From: Candidatus Woesearchaeota archaeon
GTDB lineage: Archaea; Nanobdellota; Nanobdellia; Woesearchaeales; GW2011-AR9
Direction of reading: 5' to 3'
DNA length: 64,000 nucleotides
Assembly (NCBI GenBank): GCA_018302605.1
Contig: JAGVZN010000021.1
Coordinates: 14,157-78,156 of the forward strand
Part shown: piece after piece, positions 9,316 to 19,294 of the stretch
Position numbering within the stretch: the stretch's first letter is position 1
Layout: each line of letters opens with the position of its first letter
Position numbers and translations under genes: made by a program
Notes under the pieces: generated by a model
What the model was told of the DNA's origin: nothing
What the model saw: the letters and a program-made list of their open reading frames with translations, nothing else
The model's database searches: none

Positions 9316-10599
9316 ATGATAAAAGAGGTGTTTGTATTAGGGATATTATTTCTTTTTCTCGTTGCCTGTGCACCTCAGGAAGCATTGGCGGGAAAAGCAT
9401 ATACAGATCTTTCTTACGAACAGAAACAACAGTATTGGGCGTGTATTAACGAATGCAACAAAATAGGTTACACGAGAGGTTGTGCACTGGATTGTATGGC
9501 TAAAGCTGAAAAATATGCCCCTGATCAGAACTGGTGTCAGGATCCAGATGGGAAAGATTATTTCACAAAAAACAGCGTAGCCTCTAATCTTTACCCTGTT
9601 CCTAAGGAAGATTCTTGTGTAACTATCGGTGGAAAGACATATCTCTTAGAAGGGATATGCTCTTCTAACAAATATGGTTGGATTCAGAAAAATTGTGCTG
9701 AACTCGGCAATTACAAATGCGTGGAGGGGGCATGTGTTGTTGCGAACCATCCTCCTGTCTTAGATCAGATAGAAGATCAAACGATTACTCTCGGGGAAAC
9801 TATTTCATTCACACTTACCGCTTCTGATCCCGATGGTGATAAACTGGTGTTTTCTGGCAAAATCCCGAAAGATTCTTCTCTTAACAAAGAAACGGGAGAG
9901 TTCAGCTGGAAGCCTACGGCTGCGGGTGAATATACGTTAATTTTCCGTGTGAACGATGGGAAATTATATGATAAGAAATACGTTGGAATTGTGGCGGTTA
10001 AACCAGTTAACAAAGAATGTATGTATGATGATTTCTCAGGAATCAGTTTAGACCTGAGTAAGTGGATTGAAGAAAAAAGGGAGGACGATCCTAGTTTTCC
10101 GGATATTCATGAAATCTCTTCAGAAAAAGGAACGTACCATATAGTAACGGTCACGAAAGGAGATAAGAGTGTTCAATTAATTACTATAAAAACTTTTGAT
10201 GTTGGCGAAGTTCTTGAGTTCGATTTAATATATAATGGTGGCGAGGGCAACCATATTGCTGGTTTTTCCGGGATCGTAATCGATGGGAAGAAAATTGAAC
10301 CGATTCAAAGCTATCTAAAGAATAATTGTCCTACTCCGAATCCGGGCTGTGGACGAGTGGGAGAATTCAATGGTATTCCCGATGTAGGAAGTGCTAAAGG
10401 GAAATATCATCTGAAGTTAGAATTCCTCGGGGATGGAATTAAATCAATAATAATTAGACCGGACGGATCAGTAATAGAACATGAATATACTGGACTGAAA
10501 GCACCACACCAGCCCATTTTCTTAGCTATGACGGGGGCTAATGGGCTAATGGATTTTGAATTTGACAATTTTGATATCCCTGGATGTTTAGAGAATTGA
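9316..10599 (+). CDS. secreted Cys-rich protein with cadherin-like / putative Ig repeat
   Basis: Signal peptide MIKEVFVLGILFLFLVACA; many Cys; PPVLDQIEDQTITLGETISFTLTASDPDGDKL resembles dystroglycan-type cadherin-like repeats. Confidence 0.55.
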   Translation: MIKEVFVLGILFLFLVACAPQEALAGKAYTDLSYEQKQQYWACINECNKIGYTRGCALDCMAKAEKYAPDQNWCQDPDGKDYFTKNSVASNLYPVPKEDSCVTIGGKTYLLEGICSSNKYGWIQKNCAELGNYKCVEGACVVANHPPVLDQIEDQTITLGETISFTLTASDPDGDKLVFSGKIPKDSSLNKETGEFSWKPTAAGEYTLIFRVNDGKLYDKKYVGIVAVKPVNKECMYDDFSGISLDLSKWIEEKREDDPSFPDIHEISSEKGTYHIVTVTKGDKSVQLITIKTFDVGEVLEFDLIYNGGEGNHIAGFSGIVIDGKKIEPIQSYLKNNCPTPNPGCGRVGEFNGIPDVGSAKGKYHLKLEFLGDGIKSIIIRPDGSVIEHEYTGLKAPHQPIFLAMTGANGLMDFEFDNFDIPGCLEN

Positions 10600-10842
10600 A
10601 TGGGCTAATGAGTTTCTATCATTTTTAATCTCCTGTATTAATCTGATTATCTCTTGATACATCTTTAACTGTTGTTCTTTCCATTCTTTTGCTTCTATTT
10701 TCTCTAGTGCTTCTATTGAAGAATTTAAACGCTCTTCAATGTTTTCAAATCCCATCCATTCTTTAACCCAAGCTTTTCTATTTTCGGGTGAACCGTCATT
10801 CCATTGTCGTAAATCCATAATTTTCATTTTAGTCACTCTCAA
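10588..10842 (-). CDS. hypothetical protein
   Basis: 84-aa ORF at the distal end of the integrase gene string. Confidence 0.35.
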   Translation of the reverse strand: MRVTKMKIMDLRQWNDGSPENRKAWVKEWMGFENIEERLNSSIEALEKIEAKEWKEQQLKMYQEIIRLIQEIKNDRNSLAHSIL

Positions 10843-10897
10843 TAATTAATTTCTCAGGACTATAATCTTATTTACTTGTGGTTTCTTGTTCATAAGA

Positions 10898-11200
10898 TCA
10901 ATCCCGTTGAAAAAATTTGACATGTGGAAAGAGGATATATACTCCTCCATATAGTAAAGCCACAACTAAAGCAGTATCATCTTTGAGGATAACTGGTGTG
11001 AACCCTATGGCTGCAAAGCCAATAAAGCCAACAGCATAAAGAACTGCATATAAACCTAGGACCAATTCAGAAGCGTCCTTAAAATTATTTAGAACGCGAT
11101 CTCGCTCCATCTTCTTCGTTTTTGTATAATCATTTAAGGAATTAAAAAACCAAACAACGATTGCTAATAAGAGTAAGGCAAAAGAATGATTTAATGTCAT
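10898..11200 (-). CDS. small membrane protein
   Basis: 100 aa with 3 predicted TM helices; start ATG overlaps the stop of the upstream peptide gene (ATGA). Confidence 0.45.
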   Translation of the reverse strand: MTLNHSFALLLLAIVVWFFNSLNDYTKTKKMERDRVLNNFKDASELVLGLYAVLYAVGFIGFAAIGFTPVILKDDTALVVALLYGGVYILFPHVKFFQRD

Positions 11201-11337
11201 TTTTTCTTCACAATAGTTACTGTTACAAAACCAATAACTCCTCCAATTATTGCTCCAATAGTTCCGCTAGTACTTCCGCCAATAAGAGCCCCAAGTGCTA
11301 GCCCAGCTAATTCTTCGTTACCTTTTTCTTTTGCCAT
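11197..11337 (-). CDS. 46-aa glycine-zipper membrane peptide
   Basis: MAKEKGNEELAGLALGALIGGSTSGTIGAIIGGVIGFVTVTIVKKK; not in the ORF track (under 60 aa); translationally coupled to the 10898-11200 gene. Confidence 0.4.
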   Translation of the reverse strand: MAKEKGNEELAGLALGALIGGSTSGTIGAIIGGVIGFVTVTIVKKK

Positions 11338-11387
11338 TTTTTATCAATCTAAATATAGATTCAATCGTTTAAATGTGTTATGAAGAA

Positions 11388-12710
11388 TTATTCACGTCTA
11401 AACTCTTTAAACTTCTCCCCAAATACCTGCAACCCCGATGTCGATAACATCGCTTGACTATTACCAAACTGAACCATTGTCGGCTGTGGCAAGCCCTGTG
11501 CTAACTGTTGTAATGCCTGTTCCATCTGAGTAACCCTTGATAATAACTCCCTTTCTCTCTCTTGTGCTCTTTCGTCTATTCGAATTCCTGCTTCTAATGT
11601 AAGCGGAGACTTACATCTATCACAAAAGATGAGGATACTTTGATTTTGAAAATTACACCGTGGACAAATGCGAGGTTTTAATACATCCTCTTTTTCAGTA
11701 GTTTTCGGTTTAATTCCCTCTACTTCACAGTAAGCATCATCGATGTCCTTATCGCTGAGCTGGAGATAAACGCCCTCTAATGTTCTCGTTGTAATGCCAT
11801 GCCTTTTGGCATTCTTGACCAAATCAAAGCCCCTCCTTTGAAGATCCGTAATCGCAAAGTATCTTCCCATATGCCAGAAGAGATTTTTCTTGATTTCTGC
11901 ACGTTCCGCAATTCTTCGAATAAAAGCAGTATAGCCAATGGGTGACAGTTTCCTTGCAAACCAGCCGCCTTGTTCTTTACCAACAAATAAGGGTGCATCT
12001 CCATTCTTCCTGTCGGGATGATCTTTGTTAATCCACTCGCGTAAATACGGTACAGCTCGAACTAACCGAACAGAGCGTCGCTGAGATTTTGATACTTCAA
12101 TCCACACTTTACAGCCCATTTCGTCAAATTCAACATCGCTAAGCTTAACATTTGCAATCTCGTTAGCTCTACAACCCATTTCCACCCAGACCATAATCAA
12201 TGCTCGATCTCGATTACAGGAACAAATAGTAAGCATTCGCTCGATATCCTCAATAGTTGGCAAATCTGATGGCTTATGAGTTCCTTTAATCCTCTCCGGC
12301 TTTAATCGTTCATCTTCTACAACTGCCGGAAAGCCAGAACGCTCTTTAAATTGGTACAACCACTTGTAAAAAGATCGAATTATCACTTTTTTCACAGAGC
12401 GTGAAGAATCTGTTCTCACGTTACCAACAAATTCAATGATTTTCTGCTTATAAGCCTCAATCTCGGTATCGATGGGTTTAAACGGCATCTTGAGGGATAA
12501 GCCAAGTTCTCGGAGGCACAAGAGGGTATTGCGAATGGTCGAGGTTTTTATCCTACCACCGCGACTACTTGGCTTGTTTTCCAAGTACTCTTTAAAGAGG
12601 TTAAGTGCTTCCAACTGTTCCACAGAGAGTTTACCCCTCCATTTCGAGTTATGATGACCTTCGTCGAAGCCATTGGTCAAAATCTTCCTAATTTCTTCTT
12701 CTGAACCCAT
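11388..12710 (-). CDS. tyrosine recombinase / integrase with C-terminal zinc ribbon
   Basis: Catalytic region HMGRYFAITDLQRRG-x18-Y; arm-binding and core-binding regions; C-terminal CPRC-x13-CDRC ribbon and a coiled coil not present in archaeal XerA. Confidence 0.8.
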   Translation of the reverse strand: MGSEEEIRKILTNGFDEGHHNSKWRGKLSVEQLEALNLFKEYLENKPSSRGGRIKTSTIRNTLLCLRELGLSLKMPFKPIDTEIEAYKQKIIEFVGNVRTDSSRSVKKVIIRSFYKWLYQFKERSGFPAVVEDERLKPERIKGTHKPSDLPTIEDIERMLTICSCNRDRALIMVWVEMGCRANEIANVKLSDVEFDEMGCKVWIEVSKSQRRSVRLVRAVPYLREWINKDHPDRKNGDAPLFVGKEQGGWFARKLSPIGYTAFIRRIAERAEIKKNLFWHMGRYFAITDLQRRGFDLVKNAKRHGITTRTLEGVYLQLSDKDIDDAYCEVEGIKPKTTEKEDVLKPRICPRCNFQNQSILIFCDRCKSPLTLEAGIRIDERAQERERELLSRVTQMEQALQQLAQGLPQPTMVQFGNSQAMLSTSGLQVFGEKFKEFRRE

Positions 12711-12812
12711 ACATTTTGCCTTATTCCGAGCTATTTAAACCCAATTACAATTTAATATTATTTACCATCCAAAACGTTTATAAACTAAAAACGTAACCTT
12801 CTCCTCTGTACA

Positions 12813-15800
12813 ATGACGAGAATCAATCGTATCTCCATCCAAGGATTCAAGAGCTTCGCCCACAAGACAGAAATACCCCTGGGAGAAGAATATAATTGCA
12901 TCCTCGGCCCGAATGGTTCCGGCAAGAGCAATATTGGCGATGCCCTTTGTTTTGTTCTGGGAAGACTTTCGGCAAAATCGATGCGTGCGGAAAAAGCATC
13001 CCATCTGATCTTCAATGGGGGAAAGAACAAAAAGCCGGCCGATGCCGGAACCGTTCAGATTGTGTTCTCCAATACGGAGAAGACATTCCCCCTTGATGAA
13101 AAAGAAGTCGTTGTCGAAAGGACGATCACTAAGAAGAGCAATAGCATCTATAAAGTCAACGGCAAAACAAAGACGAGAACGGAACTTCTGGATCTGCTTT
13201 CCCTGGCCAGGATCAATCCCGACGGCTATAATATCGTCCTGCAAGGAGATATCACCCGTTTTGTCACTATGCCAACGCTGGAGCGGCGTAAGGTTGTTGA
13301 GGAAATCAGCGATGTTTCAATTTATGAAGAGAAGAAACACAAAGCAATCTTAGAATTGAACAAAGTAGAAGAGAAATTGAATAGCGCCGAGATTATCCTC
13401 AAAGAGCGGGGCACGTATCTCAAAGAACTGAAAAAAGACCGCGATCAGGCCCTAAAATTCAAAGAACTCAAGAACAAGATCGATTCTCACCGGGCGACAT
13501 ATCTTCATCATCAGATCACTGAAAAAGAAGCGGAGAAATCCAGACTGGATGGTACGATCGGAGTACATCAGGAAACAGTCACCAAAGCAGAAGAACGGAT
13601 CAAAGGGCTGAAGGCAAGCATCGAAGAACAGCGACAGCGTACGGTGTCGATCAACAAAGAGATTGAACAGAAAGGAGAGACGGAACAGGTTCGTGTGCAT
13701 AAAGAGATTGAAGATCTGAAAGTGACGGTGGCCAAGGACCGGACACGCATCTCGACGCTGAAAGATGAGATCAACAAGATCGCTCAGAGAAAAGATCAGT
13801 TCCAGCAGGAATTGAAAGATCTGCAGCAGAAAAACAGCAGCGTTCAGCAGCAGCAGAAAGAGATGCAGGCGCTGGCCCAAAAAAAGAAAAAAGAATTACA
13901 GGAAGTAGAACAGAAAATTGCCGATTTCAAAAAGAAAAACAAGATCGAAACATCACAGGAGATCGATCAGGATATCGAACAGAAAGATACGCTGATCGAG
14001 CAAAAACAGGAAGACGTCCAGCAGATCCGCCAACGGCAGCAGGAATTACTGCGGGAAAAAGACCGGCTGGAATATCAAGTGCAGACGATCGATGAACAGA
14101 TCCGGAAAGTGAACGAAGTCGAGGATCAGAATAAAGATCAGGTCAAGAAGCTGCAAGGATTAAAAACAGATTTCAAAGCCGCAACATTACGATTAAATCA
14201 ATGTTTGGATCAGGATGCGGGATTTGCTTCACAATTAGCCAATGCGCGCAGGAAACTGAATGAACTGCAGGAACAACAGGCCAAATTGAATGCCAAAACC
14301 CTGGCGGCACAGGCAGGATTAGCGAATAACAAAGCGTTACAGAGCATTGTCGCCAATAAAAATAAATTGGGCGGCATCTACGGTACTGTTGCCGAACTAG
14401 GGCAGGTTTCAAAGAAATATGCAGAAGCGCTGGAAGCCGCGGCAGGCAGCCGAATGCAAAATCTGATTGTCGATACTGACAAAACTGCCGCTGACTGCAT
14501 CAATTTTCTGAAAGCTCATAAATTAGGTTCAGCTTCATTTATCCCGCTCAACAAGATCCGCACCCTAGAAATGAAGACTGAAGACAAACAGCTGCTCAAA
14601 AGCAAAGGCGTCCATGATTTTGCGCTGAACTTGGTGTCATTTAAACCGCAATTCCAGAAAGCTTTTTCCTACGTCTTTGGCAATACGCTAGTCGTCGATG
14701 ACATCGATACGGCGCGCAGCGTCGGTATCGGCCGGGCAAGGATGACGACATTAGACGGCAATATCGCTGAAGCCAGCGGCGTGATGCACGGCGGCTTCAC
14801 AGCCCGTCGCAGCTCTTTGGGATTTAAAGAAAAAGATTCCCTGGCAGAATTAGAGAATGCAGAGAAAGATCTTGCCTCGACCGAAAGTGTCCTGGCAGCT
14901 ATTTTGACCAGACGTGAAGGGAACGAACAAGAGATCACTTCCCTGAGGACAAAGAAAGCAGAGATGGAAGCAGAGATCATCACGCTGGAAAAAACATTGC
15001 ATCTAAAGACGGGAGATCTGGATGCATCGGCTAACCTGAAGAAAGAGATCAAAGAGCGGCTGGAAACAGTCAATAAAGAGCTCGCTTCCATGCAAAAAGA
15101 GATCACGACAGTGAACAAAGACCTGGCGGCGTTGAAGACCGAGAAACAGCAGCTGCGTGACCAGGTCAGTGAATTGCGTAACCCGCGCCTTCTGGCGCAA
15201 TTAAGTGCCTTTGATGAAGCGCGCCAACAATACCGTGAGGAACTGCTCCGCTTGGACAGCGACTTGAAGAATACGGCATTGCACACGGAACAGCTGCTCG
15301 GGCCAGAACAGCTGAAGATTAAAGAGATTATCAAACAACACGATAAAGAAGAAACCACATTTCTGGAAGAGATCAAGACACTTACGGCGAAGGCAGAAAA
15401 ACTAGAGCAGGAATTAAAAGTAAAAGAAAAAGCAAGCAAGGAGTTCTATGCTAAATATCATCAGTTATTTGCCGAACGTGAGAAGATCAGTATGGAGATC
15501 AGTAAGATGGAACAGGGAATGGAGATGGTTCGAGAGAAAAGCCGCGCCAGTGAACGGGAAGTAAATCTGGTTTCGCTAAAAAACGCTGAGATCAAAGCCA
15601 AGCTGGCCGGACTACACGAAGAATTTTCACGCTATCGAGACGCACCCATCCTTACAAACATTCCCGTCCAAGACATCCAGAAAGAGATCAGCAAGTTTGA
15701 GGTGATGCTCGCCCAGATGTCTGCCGTGAACATGAAAGCATTGGAAGTCTATGAACAGATTGAGAAAGAATTCAGCGCGCTGATCCAGAAGAAAGAAGAA

Positions 15801-16304
15801 TTGAGCAAAGAGAAAATAGATGTCATGACGATGATGAATGAGATTGAGACCAAGAAAAAAGATCATTTCATGAAAACATTCCACAAAGTGAATGAGCATT
15901 TCCAAAACGTCTTTGGGAACCTGTTCACCAAAGGAAAAGCCTATCTGCAGCTGGAGAATCCCGACCAGCCGTTTGAGGATGGCATCAGCATCCAGGTCAA
16001 GATCAGCGGCAACCGCTTTATGGACCTCAAGTCCCTCTCCGGCGGAGAAAAGACGCTGACGGCGCTGGCTTTTATCTTTGCCCTGCAGGAATTCCAGCCG
16101 GCGACATTTTATATCCTGGACGAAATCGATGCCGCTTTAGACAAGCAGAATTCCGAGAAACTAGCCAAATTGATAAAATCCTATTCCGACCGCGCGCAGT
16201 ACGTCGTCATTTCGCATAACGATTCCCTCATCGCGGAAGCAGATACGCTCTTCGGTGTGAGCATGGTCGACGGCGTGAGCAAGATCACGAGCATTACGAT
16301 CTAA
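12813..16304 (+). CDS. smc: chromosome segregation protein SMC
   Basis: 1163 aa; Walker A GPNGSGKSN; long coiled coils; hinge; C-terminal LSGGEKTLTALAFIFAL and DEIDAALD. Confidence 0.95.
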   Translation: MTRINRISIQGFKSFAHKTEIPLGEEYNCILGPNGSGKSNIGDALCFVLGRLSAKSMRAEKASHLIFNGGKNKKPADAGTVQIVFSNTEKTFPLDEKEVVVERTITKKSNSIYKVNGKTKTRTELLDLLSLARINPDGYNIVLQGDITRFVTMPTLERRKVVEEISDVSIYEEKKHKAILELNKVEEKLNSAEIILKERGTYLKELKKDRDQALKFKELKNKIDSHRATYLHHQITEKEAEKSRLDGTIGVHQETVTKAEERIKGLKASIEEQRQRTVSINKEIEQKGETEQVRVHKEIEDLKVTVAKDRTRISTLKDEINKIAQRKDQFQQELKDLQQKNSSVQQQQKEMQALAQKKKKELQEVEQKIADFKKKNKIETSQEIDQDIEQKDTLIEQKQEDVQQIRQRQQELLREKDRLEYQVQTIDEQIRKVNEVEDQNKDQVKKLQGLKTDFKAATLRLNQCLDQDAGFASQLANARRKLNELQEQQAKLNAKTLAAQAGLANNKALQSIVANKNKLGGIYGTVAELGQVSKKYAEALEAAAGSRMQNLIVDTDKTAADCINFLKAHKLGSASFIPLNKIRTLEMKTEDKQLLKSKGVHDFALNLVSFKPQFQKAFSYVFGNTLVVDDIDTARSVGIGRARMTTLDGNIAEASGVMHGGFTARRSSLGFKEKDSLAELENAEKDLASTESVLAAILTRREGNEQEITSLRTKKAEMEAEIITLEKTLHLKTGDLDASANLKKEIKERLETVNKELASMQKEITTVNKDLAALKTEKQQLRDQVSELRNPRLLAQLSAFDEARQQYREELLRLDSDLKNTALHTEQLLGPEQLKIKEIIKQHDKEETTFLEEIKTLTAKAEKLEQELKVKEKASKEFYAKYHQLFAEREKISMEISKMEQGMEMVREKSRASEREVNLVSLKNAEIKAKLAGLHEEFSRYRDAPILTNIPVQDIQKEISKFEVMLAQMSAVNMKALEVYEQIEKEFSALIQKKEELSKEKIDVMTMMNEIETKKKDHFMKTFHKVNEHFQNVFGNLFTKGKAYLQLENPDQPFEDGISIQVKISGNRFMDLKSLSGGEKTLTALAFIFALQEFQPATFYILDEIDAALDKQNSEKLAKLIKSYSDRAQYVVISHNDSLIAEADTLFGVSMVDGVSKITSITI

Positions 16305-16331
16305 GCGGTGTGGATTCATCGGGTGTGAATA

Positions 16332-16748
16332 ATGGTTACAAAGAGAGGAAAAAAGCACGTTTCGAGAGAGAAGAAACTGACAAAGAAACCAGCAAAGAAA
16401 GCGGGAGCAAGCGGAAAGAAAAACTACGATCTATCACGTCTTGGCTCGCGCGACCTGCTTTCCGAGCCAGTTCGGCCGATCCAGATCCATGCCCTTCCGG
16501 GACGGATGAAAGTGAACAGTCTGGCGTTAGGCTATGCGTTGGGAGCAGTCCGGGTTGCTGTCCTGCTTGTAGTTTCTGTATTTGGATTTTTTGGATATGC
16601 AGAAGGGGCTGTCTCTCTTGTGGAATCACTCCATTTTACATTCTCGTTATCAGTATTCGGAATCTTGGCTGGGCTTGTCGAAACTATGCTCTGGGGATTC
16701 CTGATGGGCTTGCTGCTGGGCTGGACCTATAATCTTTTCTCCCGCTAA
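16332..16748 (+). CDS. membrane protein with Lys-rich N-terminus
   Basis: 138 aa; basic N-terminal tail then 3 TM helices. Confidence 0.45.
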   Translation: MVTKRGKKHVSREKKLTKKPAKKAGASGKKNYDLSRLGSRDLLSEPVRPIQIHALPGRMKVNSLALGYALGAVRVAVLLVVSVFGFFGYAEGAVSLVESLHFTFSLSVFGILAGLVETMLWGFLMGLLLGWTYNLFSR

Positions 16749-16749
16749 G

Positions 16750-17382
16750 ATGGTTCTGATCTTTGATTATGATGTTAGACAGGCGTTGAAAGATATTCAG
16801 ATTGTTGAACAGAAAGAGTTTGTCATCTCTGAACAACAACGCGAGAGCATGATCGAAGTATATGGCAAAGCCAAGTGGGCAGTCGTCGATATGTTGAATG
16901 AGCGATATTCTGCCCAGCAGGAAACACCTTTCGATCTCCACCACTGGCTTTCCGGAAATGAAGAAGATGAGGTGGCCTATTTTCTCAACGAAGCCGGCTC
17001 GAATGCCTTGAATTATGCAGAAGCGGGTGCGCCAGCAGCATTCCATCTCTGGCTGGGAAAGAAAGGATTTGTCATCGGCATCGAACAGCAAGGTGCGGGC
17101 TTTGATGCCAGACGTGTTCATCAGCTGCGGATTGCTCAGCATCAAGGCGGCGGATTTGATTTCTTCCGGAAATGCCAAGGGATCGTATTTTTTGACAAGA
17201 AAGAGAAAGCGAAAGTAATATATTTCCTGGGGAGAATCCAAAAGCATGATCGATCTTTTCAAGCTGATCGGAGCATTAGGGATTATGCTGATCTCCATTG
17301 GGATCGTCACCAAAAAGAGAAAGATACAGGATGTTTATTATATTCTGGTATTTGTTTAGCTTTTCTGGCTGGCCGTGAGTGA
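16750..17382 (+). CDS. GHKL-type ATPase domain protein (anti-sigma-factor / histidine-kinase-like ATPase)
   Basis: N-box NEAGSNALNYAEAG; G-boxes GFVIGIEQQGAGFD; last about 12 codons overlap a family-2 element. Confidence 0.5.
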   Translation: MVLIFDYDVRQALKDIQIVEQKEFVISEQQRESMIEVYGKAKWAVVDMLNERYSAQQETPFDLHHWLSGNEEDEVAYFLNEAGSNALNYAEAGAPAAFHLWLGKKGFVIGIEQQGAGFDARRVHQLRIAQHQGGGFDFFRKCQGIVFFDKKEKAKVIYFLGRIQKHDRSFQADRSIRDYADLHWDRHQKEKDTGCLLYSGICLAFLAGRE

Positions 17383-17511
17383 GAGCGGAAAATTGGTCGT
17401 GTTCTCCGCTTCAAGACAAGTCGTGGCTTGAACATTTTCCGCACAATAATCTTTAGCATAAAGCTCTTGTCTCACTCACATCTTGGCCCAGCCACCAGCT
17501 AAACAAATACC
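17347..17511. mobile_element. MITE-like element, repeat family 2, copy A (165 bp)
   Basis: TIR ggtatttgtttagc / gctaaacaaatacc; long internal imperfect hairpin (gtgagtgagagc / gctcttgtctcactcac). Confidence 0.6.
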
Positions 17512-17695
17512 ATTTCTGGAGGGGGGTCTGTTTAGAAATTTATAGTATTCGCATCGGTGATCTTATCTTCATCATCCTGCAGGTGATTTTTACGGCGGCG
17601 GCGGTCTACGATTTGGTTAAAGTTAAGATAAAAGCTGGTTCTTGACCAATTTCTTACCGAATATTTTATAACATTCAGCCCATAATTAACCGGCA

Positions 17696-18724
17696 ATGAA
17701 CTACATCATCAAACATCTCCCCGAAGATTTCATCGTCAAAGAGATCAGTCGCATCACTCCGCAGAAACAAGGCAGATACTGCTATGTCCTCCTGCGCAAA
17801 AGACAGCGGAATACGCTGGATGTGGTGCAGGAGATAGCCAGACAATTACACACTAAAGAAAAACAGATCGGCTTTGCTGGAAGCAAAGATCGGCAGGGAA
17901 TAACGGAACAGGTGATTTCCCTGGCTGGAACGGGAAAAGACAAGATCGCTGCGCTGAACCTGCGTAATGCCGAATGTGTCATCCTCGGCTATGGGAATAC
18001 GCCAATTACTTTGGGTGATCTGCAGGGAAATGCTTTTGAGATCGTCGTCCGTGATCTTCAAGAAGACATGGAGAAAGAGAATTTGGGCTTTTCCCCGTTT
18101 CTGGAAAACTATTTTGATGAACAGCGCTTTTCAACGCAGAATGTAGCGGTGGGGAAAGCCTTGATCCAAAAAGATTTTGCCGGAGCGGTACGATTGATCT
18201 CCAACACGGTCGGCCTTGCCCATCTCGACGACCATCCTGCTGATTTTGTCGGGGCATTGAAAAAAGTTCCTAGCCGCTTATTGCGGATGTACGTTCATGC
18301 GTTGCAAAGTGCGTTATGGAATCGGACGGCTGCTGCCTATTTGCAGCGGAAAGGCATACTGGAAAAGAGTATTGATTATTCGCAGGGAAAATTAGTGTTC
18401 GTGAAAGATACGCAAAGACTTTTGGGGATAAACATTCCGTTGGTTGGCTTTGGTGAACTGCCAACGGACGATGATGAAATCAAAGAGATTATCACCAGAT
18501 TATTGACTGAAGAAAAAATAGAGCAAAATAATTTTGTGATCAAACAAATTCCGGAATTGACTGTTGAAGGAGAGCTGCGTCAGTTGATCGTGCCAATAGG
18601 GAATATTGAAATCGGCAGCATCGAAGACGACGAAATATTTTTCGGGAAGAAAAAAATGAAAGTCTGCTTCACTTTGCCTAAGGGCAGTTACGCGACGATG
18701 GTTGTCAAGAAGTGGTTTGGGTAA
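17696..18724 (+). CDS. truD: tRNA pseudouridine synthase TruD/Pus7
   Basis: 342 aa; catalytic GSKDRQGIT (G-x-KD) motif typical of the TruD family. Confidence 0.65.
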   Translation: MNYIIKHLPEDFIVKEISRITPQKQGRYCYVLLRKRQRNTLDVVQEIARQLHTKEKQIGFAGSKDRQGITEQVISLAGTGKDKIAALNLRNAECVILGYGNTPITLGDLQGNAFEIVVRDLQEDMEKENLGFSPFLENYFDEQRFSTQNVAVGKALIQKDFAGAVRLISNTVGLAHLDDHPADFVGALKKVPSRLLRMYVHALQSALWNRTAAAYLQRKGILEKSIDYSQGKLVFVKDTQRLLGINIPLVGFGELPTDDDEIKEIITRLLTEEKIEQNNFVIKQIPELTVEGELRQLIVPIGNIEIGSIEDDEIFFGKKKMKVCFTLPKGSYATMVVKKWFG

Positions 18725-18736
18725 TGAAACCCCGAC

Positions 18737-18900
18737 CGGCTCTGGAGAAAAAGTCCTCCTGGTCATTGACCGCGGTGAAAACCAATTGTATTCAATGTTG
18801 CAGAACCAGCCATTTGATCTGATCGTTTTCGCACCTGTTCCCGGAGATCGCTTCCCCCGGTCAATCTTCAGGCCGGGCGGACGACTTTTTCTACTAGGCC
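18737..18900. mobile_element. MITE-like element, repeat family 3, copy 1 (164 bp)
   Basis: TIR ggctctggagaaaaagtc / gactttttctactaggcc; flanked by aaacccc on both sides; about 80% identical to the 21485-21647 copy. Confidence 0.6.
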
Positions 18901-18947
18901 AAACCCCACAGAATATTTATAAACTCTCTCTTCGTCAACAGAAAGAG

Positions 18948-19262
18948 ATGGAACAAAATAAAATTACCAGCCAAGAACGCTATATCGCCGCTTCTGCCTA
19001 TCTGTTTGATCTGGGCTATACGATAGCATGGTTAACCCAAGCAGAGTCTGATTTTACTCGATTCCATTTTGAACAAGAAAATAAAATCATCAAAAGAGTC
19101 CTCCTTCCGGGGCTCGCTGTTTTGTTTGGCGGAATTTTATGGGAAAGTATGGCTTCCAAGTACTTGATCTATGCCGGCGTGCTGATCGTTATTGTTTCCT
19201 TTTTCTGGATGATGGTTGGAGCATGGCATGCTTTAAAAGGCCGCAAGAAAAAAGTGATCTGA
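18948..19262 (+). CDS. small membrane protein
   Basis: Start taken at MEQNKITSQ (18948); the tracked ORF from 18702 translates the repeat element; 2 TM helices at the C-terminus. Confidence 0.4.
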   Translation: MEQNKITSQERYIAASAYLFDLGYTIAWLTQAESDFTRFHFEQENKIIKRVLLPGLAVLFGGILWESMASKYLIYAGVLIVIVSFFWMMVGAWHALKGRKKKVI

Positions 19263-19294
19263 GCGAGAAATAGGACGGTGTGAAACCCCAAAAA

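Noticed and set aside
12762-13244. Minus-strand ORFs overlapping smc (also 13452-13880, 14669-15439, 15627-15905)
   Set aside because: Antisense to a long, well-supported SMC gene; Ser/Cys-rich junk translations.
16684-17313. 209-aa minus-strand ORF
   Set aside because: Antisense to the GHKL ATPase gene, which has recognisable motifs.
18702-18947. N-terminal 82 codons of tracked ORF 18702-19262, and ORF 21476-21667, which look like homologous proteins
   Set aside because: Both are translations of family-3 repeat copies; the similarity is at DNA level across a TIR element.
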